A DNA stretch of 63,386 nt, counting the filler, from Chiloscyllium plagiosum (Eukaryota): NCBI RefSeq assembly GCF_004010195.1. It is 5 parts of one record of this genome, joined end to end, with 100 filler letters (N's around TTAATTAATTAA, not from the genome) between each part and the next. Parts side by side here need not be neighbours in the genome. Positions count along the whole stretch, not along the records: positions 1 to 31,462 come from NC_057717.1; 4 more parts are not named here. One strand, given 5' to 3'. Shown here piece by piece: positions 1-12,469 of this stretch. A program made the translations under genes and the position numbers. Positions within the stretch are counted from its first letter, which is position 1. Every line of letters starts with the position of its first letter. The notes under the pieces were generated by a model. The model searched no databases and was not told where the DNA came from. It saw only the letters and a list, made by a program, of their open reading frames with translations.

Positions 1-706
1 GGATACTTGGTATTGTGGATGAGCAGAGGGATCTTGGTGTTCATGTACACAGATTTTGAAAGTTGCCACCCAGGTAAATAGTGCGGTGTGGAAGGCATAT
101 GGCGTACTGGCTTTTATTGGTAGAGGAATTGAGTTCTGGAGTACTGAGGTCATGTTGCAGTTGTATAAGACTCTGGTGCGGCCGCCTCTGGAGTATTGTG
201 TGCAGTTTTGGTCGCCATACTATAGGAAGGATGTGGAGGCACTGGAATGGGTGCAGAGGAGGTTTACCAGGATGTTGCCTGGTATGGTAGAAAGATCGTA
301 TGAGGAAAGGCTGAGGCACTTGGGGTTGTTTTCATTGGAGAAAAGAAGGTTTAGGGGTGACTTGATAGAGGTGTATAAGATGATTAGGGGTTTAGATAGG
401 GTCGACAGTGAGAATCTTTTTCCTCGTATGGAGTCAGCTATTACAAGGGGGCATAGCTTTAAATTAAGGGGTGGTAGGTATAGGACTGATGTTATGGGTA
501 GGTTCTTTACTCAGCGAGTCGTGAGTTCATGGAATGCCCTGCCAGTAGCAGTGGTGGACTCTCCCTCATTATGGGCATTTAAGCGGGCATTGGATAGGCA
601 TATGGAGGATAGTGGGCTAGTGTAGGTTAGGTGGGCTTGGATCGGCGCAATATCGAGGGCCGAAGGGCCTGTACTCGCTGTATTCTTCTATGTTCTATGT
701 TCTATG
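1..706 (+). mobile_element. Young CR1-clade LINE 3' end (ORF2 C-terminus, 3' UTR, microsatellite tail)
   Basis: ORF 56..625 has CR1 motifs LYKTLVRPxLEYCVQFWSP, VQRRFTRMLPG, RGDLIEVYK, FFTQRVVxxWNALP; 3' UTR gggccgaagggcctgta followed by a (TTCTATG)n tail. Confidence 0.95.
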
Positions 707-1960
707 TTTAAGGAAGCATCAAGCAGGTTAGACCAAGGAGAGCCAATGGATGTTACCTGCCTGGACTTTAAGAAGGCCTTTAAGAAGGTGCACTACAGGA
801 GGTTGCTGAGTAAGATAAGGGTTGAAAATGTGTTGCTGGAAAAGCGCAGCAGGTCAGGCAGCATCCAGGGAACAGGAGAATCGACGTTTCGGGCATAAGC
901 CCTTCTTCAGGAAAGGATCCATGGTGTTAGATGCAAGGTGCGAGCATGGATAGAAATCTGGCTGTCTGTCAGAAAGCAGACAGTGGGGATAAAAGAGTCC
1001 TTCTCAGGATGGCAGCTGGTGACAAGTGGTGTTCTGCAAGGCTCAGTATTGAGACCACACTTTTCACTTTTTACATTAACAAATTAGATGAATGAACTGA
1101 GGGCACTCTGGTTAAAATTGCAGATGATACAAAGACAGGTAGAGGGACAGGTAGCATTGAGGAGGTGGGGAGGCTTCAGAAGGATTTGGACAGGTGAGCA
1201 AAGAAGTAACAGATGGAATACAACACAGGAAAATGTGAGGTCATGTGTTTTGGTAGGAAGAATAGACGCATGGACTATTTTCTAAATGGGGAGAAAATTC
1301 AGAAGTCTGAAGTACAAAGGAACTTGGGAATTCTAGTCCAGGTTTCTCTCAAGGTAAACTTGCAGGTTGAGTCAGTAGTTAGGAAGGTAAATGCAATGTT
1401 GGTATTTACTTTGAAAGAATTTGAATATAGAAATAGGGATGTACTTCTGAAGGCTATATTTGGAGAATTGTACTCAGTTTTGGACCCCATTTCTCAGGAA
1501 GGATGTAGTGGTCTTGAAGTGGGTTCAGAGGAGGTTCATGAGAATGGTCTCAGGAATAAAAAGCTTAATATCGGAGTAACATTTGAGGAGTTTTGAAGGA
1601 TGGGGGGATTTAATTGAAACTGAATGGCCTGGACAGAGTAGATGCTGGGAAGATGTTTCCATTGGTAGGAGACAGCCTTAGAGTAAAGGGAAGAGCTTTT
1701 CGAACATAAATAAGAAGAAATGTCTTCAGCCAGAGAGTGGTGAATCTATGGAATTCACTGTCACAGAAGGCTGTGGAGGCTAGGTCACTGAGTATATTTA
1801 AGATGGAGATAGATAGGCTCTTGAGTATCGACGAGATCAAGCGTTATGGAGAGAAGGTAGGACAATGGGGTTGAGAAACCTATCAACCATGATTGAATGG
1901 CGGAGCAAGCTCAATGGGCTGAATGGTCTAATTTCTGTTCCAATTTCTGATGGTCTTAAG
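707..1960 (+). mobile_element. Older degenerate CR1 LINE fragment (RT to 3' UTR)
   Basis: Frameshifted remnants LDFKKAF, (F)ADDTK, KCEVMCFG, ttcagccagagagtggtgaatctatggaattc. Confidence 0.85.
820..913 (-). mobile_element. Penelope-like element terminal-repeat fragment with hammerhead core, inserted in CR1
   Basis: Reverse strand reads ttc-CTGAAGA-a-gggc-ttat-gccc-GAAA-CGTC; it interrupts the CR1 sequence and is flanked by aagg on both sides. Confidence 0.75.
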
Positions 1961-2065
1961 TACAAGCATAACCTATTCAACCTCTCCTCTCAGGGTAGTA
2001 CCTCCATACCTGGGATCAGGTCAGTGAACATTCTCCGGAATGCCTCCAATGCAAACTATCTTTCA

Positions 2066-4970
2066 GAGAACAGAAAGCTTGGAACATTACAGCGCAGGAC
2101 AGGCTCTTCGGCCCTCGATGTTGTGCCAAACTGTTGAACCAATCTCGCCTACACTATTTCATTCTCGTCCATATGCCTATCCAATGATCATTTAAAGTTG
2201 GTGAGTCTCCTCCTGTTGCAGGCAGAGCGTTCCACGCTCCTACTACTCTCTGGGTAAAAAATCCATCTCTGATGTCTGTCCTACATCTATCACTCCTCAA
2301 GTTAAAGCTATGTCCCTTCATGCTAGCCATTACCATCCGAGGAAAAAGGCTCTCACTGCCCAACCTATCTTACATGTGGATTATCTTATATGTCTCAATT
2401 AAGTCACTTCTCAATCTTCTTCTCTTCAACCAAAACAGCCTCAGTTCCCTCAGCCTTTCCTCATAAGATCTTCCCTCCATACCAGGCAATATCCTAGTGA
2501 ATCTCCTCTGAACCCTTTCCAAAGCTTCCACATCCTTCCTATAATGTGGTGACCAGAACTGTACGTAATTTTCCAAATGTGGCTGCACCAGAGTTTTGTA
2601 CAGCTGCAGCATGACCTTGTGGCTCCGAAACTCAATTCCTCTACCGTTAAAAGCTAACACACCCTAAGCCTTCTTAACAACCCTATTAATCTGGTTGGCA
2701 ACTTTCAAGGATCTGTGTACCTGGGCACTGAGATCTCTCTGCTCATCTACACCACCAATAATCTTACAATTAGCCCACTAATCAGCATTCCTTCCAAAGT
2801 GAATCACCTCACACTTTTCCACATTAAACTCCATTTGCCACCTCTCAGCCCAGCTCTGCAGCTTATCTATGTCCCTCTGTAACCTCCAACATCCTTCGTC
2901 ATGATCCACAACTCCACTGACTTTAGTGTCATCCGCAAATTTACTAACCCATCCTTCTACACCCTCATCCACGACATTTATAAAAATGACAAACAACAGT
3001 GGCCCAAAAACAGATCCTTGCGGTACCTCACTAGTAACTGAACTCCAGGATGAACATTTCCCAAAAACCACCACCCTCTCTTCTTTCAGCTAGCCAATTT
3101 CTGATCCAAACCACTAAATCATTCTCAATCACTTGTGTCCATATTTTGTGCAACAGTCCACCATGGGGAACCTTATCAAACCCCTTACTGAAATCCATAT
3201 ACCACCACATCAACCACTTTACCCTCATCCACCTGTTTGGTCACCATCTCAAAGAACTCAATAAGGTTTGTGAGGCACGACCCACCCTTCACTAAACCGT
3301 GTTGACTATCCCTAGTCAAATTATTCCTTTATAGATGATTATAAATCCTATCTCAGAATCATTTTCAACACTTTACCCACAACCGAAGTAAGGCTCATGG
3401 TCTATAATAACCAGGGTTGTCTCTACTCCCCTTACTGAACAAGGGAACAAGATTTGCTATCCTCCAGTCTTCTGACATTATTCCTGTAGACAATGACAAC
3501 ATCAAGATCAAAGCCAAAGGCTTGGCAATCTCCTCTCCAGCTTCCCAGAGAATCCTCAGATAAATCCCATCCTCATAAGATCTTCCTTCCATACCAGGCA
3601 ATATCCTAGTGAATCTCCTCTGAACCCTTTCCAAAGCTTCCACATCCTTCCTATAATGTGGTGACCAGAACTGTACGTAATTTTCCGGGGGACTTATCTA
3701 TTTTTACACTTTCCAGAATTGCTAACACCTCCTCCTTGTGAACCCTAATCCTGTATAGTCTAGTAGTCTGTATCTCAGTACTCTCCTCAACAACATTGTC
3801 TTTTTTCAGTGTGAATACTGATGAGAAATATTCATTTAGCACTTCCCCTATCTCATCTGACTTCATGCACAACTTCCCATTACTGTCCTTGATCGCCCTA
3901 AACTTACTCCAGTCATTCTTTTGTTCCTGACATACCGATGGAAAGCTTTAGGGTTTTCCTTGATCCTATCCTCCAACGACTTCTCATCTCCCCTCCTGGC
4001 TCTTCTTAGCTTTCTATTTAGGTCTTTCTTGGCTAACTTGAAACTCTCAAGCACCCCTAACTGAGCCATCACATCTTATCCTAACATAAGTCTTCTTCTT
4101 CCTCTTGACAAGAGATTCAACTTCCTTAGTAAACTACAGCTCCCTCACTTGACCACTTTCTCCCTGCCTGATTGGTAAATATTTATCAACGTTACGCAAT
4201 AGCCTATCCTTCAATAAGCTCCACATTTCAATAGTGCTCATCCCCTGAAATTTCCTTCCCCATTCTATGGATCCTAAATCTTGCCTAATTGCCTTTCCCC
4301 CAGCAATAGCTCTTGCCCTGCGGTATATACCTATCCTTTTCCATTGAGAAGGTAAACATAACTGAATTGTGGTCACTGACACCAAAGTGCTCATCTGCCT
4401 CCAAATCTAACGTCTGGCCAGGTTCATTCCCCAATACCAAATCCAATGTGGCCTCGCCCCTTGTTGGCCTGTCTACATACTGGGTCAGGATACCCCGCTA
4501 CACACATTGGACAAAAATTGACCCATCTTTAGAAGAACTCGAACTAGAGTATTCCCAGTCAATATTTGGAAAGTTAAAGACCCCATAACAACGACCCTGT
4601 CACTCTCGCTCCTATTGAGGATCAACTTTGCAATCCTTTCCTCTTCATCTCTGGAACTATTTGGAGGCTGATAGAAAACTCCCAACAGGGTGACCTCTCC
4701 GTTCCTGTTTCTCACCCCAGCCCATACTACCTCAGTAGACGAGTCCTCAAACATCCTTTCTGCCTCATTCAGCCCTGAATGGCTTACCAGGATTACTTCT
4801 GGTGTTGAAGTAGACACACTTCAAACCAGTTTGCTATCTGCCAGCATATTCCTGTGACCCTGAAATCCTGTCCCTGTCCTTCCTACTCTCATCCACCTGT
4901 GCACTGCGACTGCACCGCTGGTTCCCATCACTAATTTAAACCTACCTGAATAGAACCAGCAAATTTCCCA
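2066..4970 (-). mobile_element. 5'-truncated CR1 LINE (endonuclease remnant, RT, 3' UTR)
   Basis: Minus ORFs: VTLLGVFYQPPNS (EN), IKENPKAFHRYV, DKSPG, DFSKGFDKVPH, VPQGSVFGPLLFVIFIN, SKFADDTK, VQRRFTR. Confidence 0.93.
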
Positions 4971-4974
4971 CCAT

Positions 4975-5205
4975 TAATCATTCAAGAACAGCATCTTGAC
5001 TGCTGAATGGACCTCTCTAATTTCAAATCTAATGTTGATCTTGTTTTTGTGCCCCTCCTGTGCAGTCGTGACCTTGTATGCTCTGATGAGTCTCAACACC
5101 CTATTATCTGTATATCCTTGTTTATTATGATCTGCCTGTATTCTCACAAAACAAAACTTTTCACTGTACGTAGGTATATCCCAACAATAAATCAAATCCA
5201 ATCTT
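4975..5205 (+). mobile_element. 3' UTR remnant of a non-LTR retroelement (possibly Rex1/Babar-like)
   Basis: Ends caaaacttttcactgtac...caataaatcaaatccaatc, a short-repeat tail; a shorter copy lies at ~7136-7183. Confidence 0.45.
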
Positions 5206-5992
5206 TCTGATCTAAGGATTCAGGTACATAGTTCTTTGAAAGCTGCAAAGATAGGCAGGGTTGTTCAGAAGGTGCTCAGCATGCTTGCCTTCATTGTTGA
5301 GTTGCTTGAGTGAAGAAGTAGAAAAGTCATGTTGAGGTTGTCCAGGACATTGGTGAGGCACTTCAGGACTATTGTATACAATTCTGGTTGCTCTGCTATA
5401 GGAAAGATATTCTTAAATTGTTAAAAATCAGACAACACCAGATTTTTAACTTTGTTCACCCGAGTCCAACATCGGCACCTCCAAATCATCCTTACAATGG
5501 AGAGGGCTCAGGCAAGATTTACCAGGATACTGCCAGGACTGAAGGATTTGAGTTATCAGTAGAAGCTGGATAGGCTGGGACCCTTTTTTACTGGAGAACA
5601 GGAGGTTGAGTGGTAACCTTAGAGACAGAGGTTTATAAAATCATGAAGGGCACAGGTAAGGTGAATAGCCAAAGTCTTTACCCTGGGTTGGGGGAGTCCA
5701 GAACAAAATGGCACAGATTTAAGGTAAGAGAAGAAAGATTTAAAAGACACCTAAGGGGCAACTCTTTTCACACAGAGGGTGGTGCATGTGTGGAATGAGC
5801 TGCCAGAGGAAGTGGTGGAGGCTGGTACAATTACAACATTTAAAAGGCATCTGGATGGGTATATGAATATAAAGGGTTTCGAGGGATATGGGCCTTATGC
5901 TGGCAAATGGGACCAGATTGGGTTTGGATATCTAGTCAGCATGGACGAGTTGGACTGAAGGGTCTGATCCGTGCTGTACATCTTTATGACTC
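5206..5992 (+). mobile_element. CR1 LINE 3' end, degenerate
   Basis: CYRKDI, EVYKIMKG, FKVREERFK, cacagagggtggtg...tggaatgagctgcc; tail ...tttatgactcta. Confidence 0.85.
5420..5490. mobile_element. Collapsed short element with inverted ends (PLE-like family) inserted in CR1
   Basis: gttaaaaatc...gatttttaac inverted repeat followed by tttgttcacccgagtccaacatcggcacctccaaatcat; it interrupts the CR1 reading. Confidence 0.45.
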
Positions 5993-7305
5993 TACCTGCC
6001 TCCACCACTGTCCCTGGTAATGCAATCCAGGCCTCCATCATTCTCTGTGTAAAAGACTGAACTCTCACATCTCCTTTGAACTTTCCCCCTTTCACCTTAA
6101 AATGCATACCCCCTGGTATTACACATTTCAACTCTGGGAAAAAGACTCTGACCATCAACATACATCTCATAATTTTCGACTTCTTCAAATCTCTCCTCAG
6201 CCTCTGCTGATTCACTGAAAGCAACATGATTCTGTTCAGCCTCTCCTTATCGCTCATACGCTCTCATCCAAACAGCATCCTAGTAAACCTCTTCTGCACC
6301 CTCTCCAAAGCTTTCACATCTTTTCTGGAATGGGACAATCATACTTGAACACAATAGTCTAACCAAAGTCTTATAAAACCACAACATGACTTTCTGACTC
6401 TTGTCCTTAATTCACCGACCTATAAAGGCAAGCATTCCATCCACCTGCTTTACCAGAGATGCTGCCATTCCTGATGAAAGGCTCCTGTTCGAAACATTAA
6501 TTTTCCTGCTCCTTGGATGCTGCCTGACCTGCTGTGCATTTCCTGCACCACTCTAATCTTGACTCTAATCCCCAGCATCTGCAGTCCTCACTTTCACCTT
6601 CTTTATCACCCTATCTACTTGTGTGGTCACTTTCAGGAAATTATGGACTTGAACCCCAAGATCCTTCTGTACATCAATAGTATTCAGGGTCCTGCCATTA
6701 ACTGTATACTTTTCCTTAACATTTGATCTCCCAAAGTGCAGCACCTCACATTTACCTGGATTAAGCTCCATCTGCCACTTCTCCACCCATATCGACATCT
6801 GATCTATATCCTCCTGTATGCTTTGACAACTTTCAACAGTATTCACAATATTCACACTGTATCATACTATCTCTGAATCGTCTGCAAACTTACTAACCCA
6901 ACTAACCTATCTACTCTTTCATCCAATATATTAGGAAAGTGGACATCCCAGCACCAACACCAATAGTCACGGACTTCCGGCCTGAAAAACACCCTTCCAC
7001 CACCACCCTCTGCCTTCTTTGGACAAGCCAATTCTGAACCCACACAGCCAAGTCACTGTGGATCCCATACATCTTAATCTCTGGATAAGCAGACCATGAG
7101 GGATTGTGTTGAACACCTTACTAAAATCCATGTAGACAAACCGTTTCACTGGATGTAGGTATGTCACAATAATAAATCAAATCAGATAACATCCACTGCT
7201 CTATCCTTATTGACCGCCTTTGTCACCTCCTTGAAAAATTCAATTAAGTTAGTAAGACATGACCTGCCCCACACAACCCCATGCTGACTATCCCTAATTA
7301 AATCC
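5993..7305 (-). mobile_element. Degenerate CR1 LINE fragment
   Basis: Minus ORFs: YMDFSKVF, WVEKWQMELNPGKCEVLHFG, KDLGVQV, SFTQRMMEAW. Confidence 0.88.
6466..6598 (+). mobile_element. Penelope-like terminal repeat with degenerate hammerhead
   Basis: ttcCTGATGAaaggctcctgttcGAAAca...ggatgctgcctgacctgctgtg...ccagcatctgcagtcctcactttc. Confidence 0.7.
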
Positions 7306-7384
7306 TATCCCTAAGAACATGAGAACCAGGAGCAAGAGTAGGCCATCTGCCACCATCGAGCCTACTCTGCCATTCAATAAGATC

Positions 7385-7663
7385 ATAGAGAGATGTACAG
7401 CACGGAAACAGACCCTCCAGTCCAACCTGTCCATGCCGTTCAGATATCCCAATCCAATCTAGTCCCACCTGCCAGCACCCGGCCCATATCCCTCCAAACT
7501 CTTCCTATTCATATACCCATCCAAATGCCTCTTAAATGTTACAATTGTACCAGCCTCCACCACTTCGTCTGGCAGCTCATTCCATACACGCACCACCCTC
7601 TGTGTGAAAAAGTTGCCCCGTAGGTCTCTCTTATATCTTTCTCCTCTCACCCTAAACCTATGC
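7385..7663 (-). mobile_element. CR1 LINE 3' end
   Basis: HRFRVRGERYKRDLRGNFFTQRVVRVWNELP...FKRHLD in minus ORF 7459..8265. Confidence 0.9.
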
Positions 7664-9425
7664 CAGAGAAAGGGTTGGTCCACTAAAGGATAAGGAAGGA
7701 AGGTTGTGTCAAACCGGAGAAAATGGGTGAGAGTCTCAATGATTAGTTTGCAATGATTACTGAGGAACAGGAGGTGATGAATGCTGAGATTCGAGATAGA
7801 ATTTTGTTTAGTCAGGATCACATTGACATCAAGAGGGAAGATGTATTGGGTAGGCGAAAGGATATTAAGGTGAACAAATCCCCAGGTTCGGATAGGATGC
7901 ATCCCAGGTTGCTGAGGGAGGCAAGAGAGGAAATAGCTGGAGCCCTGCCAGATATCTTTGTAGCATCCTTCAACACAGGTGCGGTGCCGGAGGACTGGAG
8001 GGTTGCTCATGTTGTCCCCTGTACAAGAAGGGTAGTATGGACATTCCGGGTAACTACAGACCAGTGAGCCTGACGTCAGTGGTGGAAAAGTTGCTGGAGA
8101 AGGTACTGAGGCATAAATTTTATTATATTTGGAAAAGTATGGGCTTGTCAGTGAAAGGCAACATGGTTTTGTGCGGGGTAGATTGTGCCTCACCAACTTA
8201 ATAGAGTTCTTTGAGGAAGTGACCAAGTTGATAGATGAAGGAAGTACTGTAAATGTCATATACATGGACTTTAGGAAGGTGTATGATAAGGTTCCTCATG
8301 GTAGACTAATAGAGAAAGTGAAGTCACATGGTGTGCAGGGTGTTCTAACGAGGTGGATAAAGAACTGGTTGAGCAGCAGGAGACACGGAGTAGTAGTTGG
8401 AGGGAGTTTCTCGAAATGGAGAAAGGAGACCAGTGGTGTCCCACAGGGATCAGTGTTGCGGCCACTGTTGTTTGTGATATACATAAATGATCTGGAAGAG
8501 GGCACTGTTGGTATGCTCAGCAAGTTTGCAGATGGCACGAACTTTAGTGGAGTAGCGGAAAACATAGGGGACTGTCAAGGGATACAGGAGAATATAGATA
8601 GACTGGAGAGTTGGGCGGAGAAGTGGCAGATGGATTTCAATCCAGACAAATGTGAGGTGATGCATTTTGGAATTCTAGAGCAAATTATACAATGAATGGA
8701 AGAGCCGTGGGAAAAGTTGATGGGCAGAGAGATCTGGGAGTTCAGGTCCACTGTACTCTGAAGATTGCTGCACAGGTGGATAGAGTGGTCAAGAAGGCAT
8801 ATGGTATGTTTGTCTTCATTGGACGGGGTACTGAGTATAAGATTTGGCAGGTCATGTTGTGCAAGACTGTGGTTCGACCGCATTTAGAATACTGTGTACA
8901 GTTCTGATCGCCACATTACCAAAAGGATGTGGACGCTTTGGACAGGGTGCAAAGAAGGTTTACGAGGATGTTGCCTGGTATGGAAGGTGCGAGCTATGAA
9001 GAGATGTTGAGTAGGTTAGGATTGTTTTCATTAGAGGGAAGGAGATTGAGGGGGGACCTGATTGAGGTCTACAAAATCATGAAGGGTATAGAGAGAGTAG
9101 ATAGTATAAGCATTTTCCCAGGGTGAATGATTCAATAATGAGAGGTCACGCTTTCAAGGTGAGAGGTGAAAAGGTTAAGGGGGATAAACGGCGCAAGTAC
9201 TCTACACAGAGGGTGGTAGGTGCCCGGACATTGCCAGCAGAGGTGGTAGAGGCAGGCACGGCAGATTCATTTAAGATGTGTCTGGACAGATGCATGAGTA
9301 GGTGGGGAGCAGAGGAATGCAGATACTTAGAAATTGGGCGACAGGTTTAGACAATACATTTGGATCCATTCAGGCTTGGAGTGCTGAAGGGCCTGTTCCT
9401 GGGCTGTAAATTTTCTTTGTTCTTT
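7664..9425 (+). mobile_element. 5'-truncated CR1 LINE (RT domain to 3' UTR)
   Basis: KSPGSDRMHPRLLRE, QHGFVRGRLCLTNL, YMDFRKVYDKVPH, SGVPQGSVL, SKFADGT, VQRRFTRMLPG; tail ttttctttgttcttt. Confidence 0.95.
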
Positions 9426-9429
9426 ATAT

Positions 9430-10165
9430 AAAGGTACAGATTGGATGAGGTTACAGAGTTCACAACGGTGCAGTAACAGGAGGATGAAGCTGACATAGTA
9501 TGTCGTGTAGAAGGAGGCTAATTAAGTAGTGTTTATTGGAAAGATGGAAGAAGGTTACAACAATGCAGAGGTTTCACGTGATTAAAAAGATAGGGACAGT
9601 TGTCAAGACTGGATGAGGTTAGTGATACTGAAGGTTGTGGACACTGGACAAGTTTACAGAGTTAGCAATGGTTCTTCGGACTGAAGGAGGTTTCAAAGAG
9701 ACAGCTGTAAGGACTGGAGGTGGTTACATCAATCAAGAAAATGTTACAAGGACATGGATAGTTTTAGCAGCTGCAGGAGATTACAGCGTTAGGAAGGCTA
9801 AGAGTGACTGGAGGAAATAGAGACATGGAGCATTTTAGCAGTTGGAGGAGGTCAGAGAAAGAGAAGGTTGGAGAAACTGGAGGAGGTGACAGGGAGGGTC
9901 AAAGTGACTTCAGAAGGTCACACAAATAGCAAGGGTGGTAGAGACTGGAGCAGGTTACACAGGAAGGGAAACTGTTGCCTCTGTACAACCTTAAGCAGTT
10001 GTGGAGATTTGTATGAACAGTAGAAGATTACAGAGATTGTGCATTGTTGTTGAAGGGAGGAAGCAGGGATTCAGGGACTGGAGGAGGGTGTACAGATGGG
10101 GTGGGTTTGAGGTGTTGGAGGAGGTTTGCAGACACTGGAGGAGAAAACAGAGATAGTGACTACGA
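9430..10165 (+). repeat. Degenerate purine-rich ~30-35 bp tandem repeat (consensus near ggactggaggaggttacagagatagg)
   Basis: Recurrent actggaggaggttacag motif; the reverse-complement pattern appears at 58090-58500. Confidence 0.6.
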
Positions 10166-10171
10166 CACTGT

Positions 10172-10417
10172 GGGCGGCACGGTGGCACAGTGGTTAGCGC
10201 TGCTGCCTCACAGCACCAGAGACCCGGGTTCAATTCCCGCCTCAGGCGACTGTGTGGAGTTTGCACGTTCTCCCCGTGTCTGCGTGGGTTTCCTCCGGGT
10301 ACTCCGGTTTCCTCCCACAGTCCAAAGATGTGCAGGGTCAGGTGAATTGGCCATACTAAATTGCCCGTAGTGTTAGGTAAGGGGTATGGGTGGGTTTCGC
10401 TTCGGCGGGTCGGTGTG
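10172..10417 (+). mobile_element. Young HE1-type (V-SINE) tRNA-derived SINE, cut by assembly gap
   Basis: gggcggcacggtggcacagtggttagc (A box), gggttcaattccc (B box), tgtggagtttgcacgttctccccgtgtctgcgtgggtttcctccggg central domain. Confidence 0.93.
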
Positions 10418-11172
10418 NNNNNNNNNNNNNNNNNNNNNNNNNNNNNNNNNNNNNNNNNNNNNNNNNNNNNNNNNNNNNNNNNNNNNNNNNNNNNNNNNNN
10501 NNNNNNNNNNNNNNNNNNNNNNNNNNNNNNNNNNNNNNNNNNNNNNNNNNNNNNNNNNNNNNNNNNNNNNNNNNNNNNNNNNNNNNNNNNNNNNNNNNNN
10601 NNNNNNNNNNNNNNNNNNNNNNNNNNNNNNNNNNNNNNNNNNNNNNNNNNNNNNNNNNNNNNNNNNNNNNNNNNNNNNNNNNNNNNNNNNNNNNNNNNNN
10701 NNNNNNNNNNNNNNNNNNNNNNNNNNNNNNNNNNNNNNNNNNNNNNNNNNNNNNNNNNNNNNNNNNNNNNNNNNNNNNNNNNNNNNNNNNNNNNNNNNNN
10801 NNNNNNNNNNNNNNNNNNNNNNNNNNNNNNNNNNNNNNNNNNNNNNNNNNNNNNNNNNNNNNNNNNNNNNNNNNNNNNNNNNNNNNNNNNNNNNNNNNNN
10901 NNNNNNNNNNNNNNNNNTTCAACAGTAGCCTAAGCAATGTCCTGTCCAGCCCCAACATAACCTCCCAACTCCTCCACTCAATACTATGTTCAATAAAGGA
11001 AAGTGTACCAAACGCCTTCTTCACTATCTTATCTACCTGCGACTCCACTTTCAAGGCGCTATGAACCTGCACTCCAAGGTAGCTTTGTTGAGGAGTTTTT
11101 TACTCGACCAGGTGTGGACGTCTGACAAGTCAGGATGGAGTGCAAACTGGAGAGAAATCTGCAGATCACTAA

Positions 11173-11475
11173 GCGGCACGGTTGCTCAGTGGTTAATGCT
11201 GATGCCTCACAGCAGTCGAAGCCCAGATGCGATTTCAGCCTCGAGTGTCTGTCTGTGGGCAGTTTGCAGATTTTCTCCCTGTCTGTGTGGCTTTTCTCCA
11301 GGTGCTCCGGTTTGCACCCACAGTGCAGAAATGTGCAATCTGGTAAATTGTCCATAGTTTAATCTACATAAGTCAGATGCAAATGGGCCTTGGTGGGTTA
11401 TTCTTGGAGGGTGGGTCTGAAATTGTTGTGCTGAAGTGTGTGCTTCCAGACTTCAGGGAATCTCACCTGACCGAA
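11173..11475 (+). mobile_element. Old HE1-type SINE (paralogue ~39297-39600)
   Basis: gcggcacggttgctcagtggtta...gtttgcagattttctccctgtctgtgtggcttttctcc. Confidence 0.8.
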
Positions 11476-11771
11476 TCAAACTGAAAGTGATGGTGTTCAC
11501 ATCAATCTGCTGCGCTGCTGTTTCTCGGTGGTGGGGATGGAGTGCTTGGACGCTTCTGACGACGCTCTGGTCAGCTTTTGGTTGTTTGTATTGCATCTCG
11601 TTCAGTCGCTACCATCACATAGAAGACAGAGTCTTGAGAGACATTATCTCTCAGTCTCTTGTTCTTTTGTTTGATATTCATTTCACGGATATTAGAAGGG
11701 AAAGACTTACAAAACATGATATGATGTGGTTGTCAATTTTATCAAAAATGATACGTGATCAGACATTGAAC

Positions 11772-12320
11772 ATGGAAGGAAACATCCAATTTACAGTAGG
11801 AGAGAAACCGTATGCGTGTTGTGCGGTTGGGCAAACGTTTAGCCAATCATCAGAGCCACAAACCACAAATGCAGTTACTCTCGGGAGGAAACTGTGCAAC
11901 TGAAGGGATTGTGGGGAAAGATTCATTTTCGCAAATGGGCTGGAACCTCATTGATGGAGTCAGAACTGTCCAGTGTGTGGGAAGGGATCCACTCAGTCAT
12001 CTCACATGCCGCATCAGCAGCTCGTTCACACTGACACAGACCATTCGAATTCGCAGAGTGCACGCTGAGAAGAGACCTTTCAAATGCTAAGATAGTGGGA
12101 AGTCCTTTAGATAGTCTGTGCAACAGAAGTCCCATCAACGTGTCACACTGAGGAGAGATTTACTCAAGGCTATTACTATGGGAATCACGGTACAATTTAT
12201 TGGGAACTGTTTTGTCATCAACGTGTTCACATTGATGATAAACCTTGCAAGTGTCTAGTCTGTGCGAAGTGCTATTCAAGTTCTCTGAAACTAATATCCC
12301 ATTAACATACTCACATGTTA
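11772..12320 (+). pseudogene. C2H2 zinc-finger gene pseudogene
   Basis: MEG...GEKPYACC, CxVCGKGSTQSSH..HQQLVHT, EKRPFKC, HQRVTL, HQRVHIDDKPCKCLVCAKCY; many stops and frameshifts. Confidence 0.85.
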
Positions 12321-12469
12321 AACTCAACGTGGCATGTCGTTGTAAGGATGTGTTCACAGAGTAAATGAAAAGAGGGCAGTGCTTCATAAAATCTTGTAGA
12401 ATTCTTTGAGGAGTCGAAGAGCAAGTGAAAGAAAGCAGAGCCACTGGATGTAAGTTGTTTGTATTTCCA

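Noticed and set aside
56..625. 189-aa ORF as a host gene
   Set aside because: It is the C-terminus of CR1 ORF2, followed by a LINE 3' tail
10356..11072. Long ORFs spanning N runs (also at ~28.4, 29.5, 36.1 and 42.4 kb)
   Set aside because: Artefacts of translating assembly gaps
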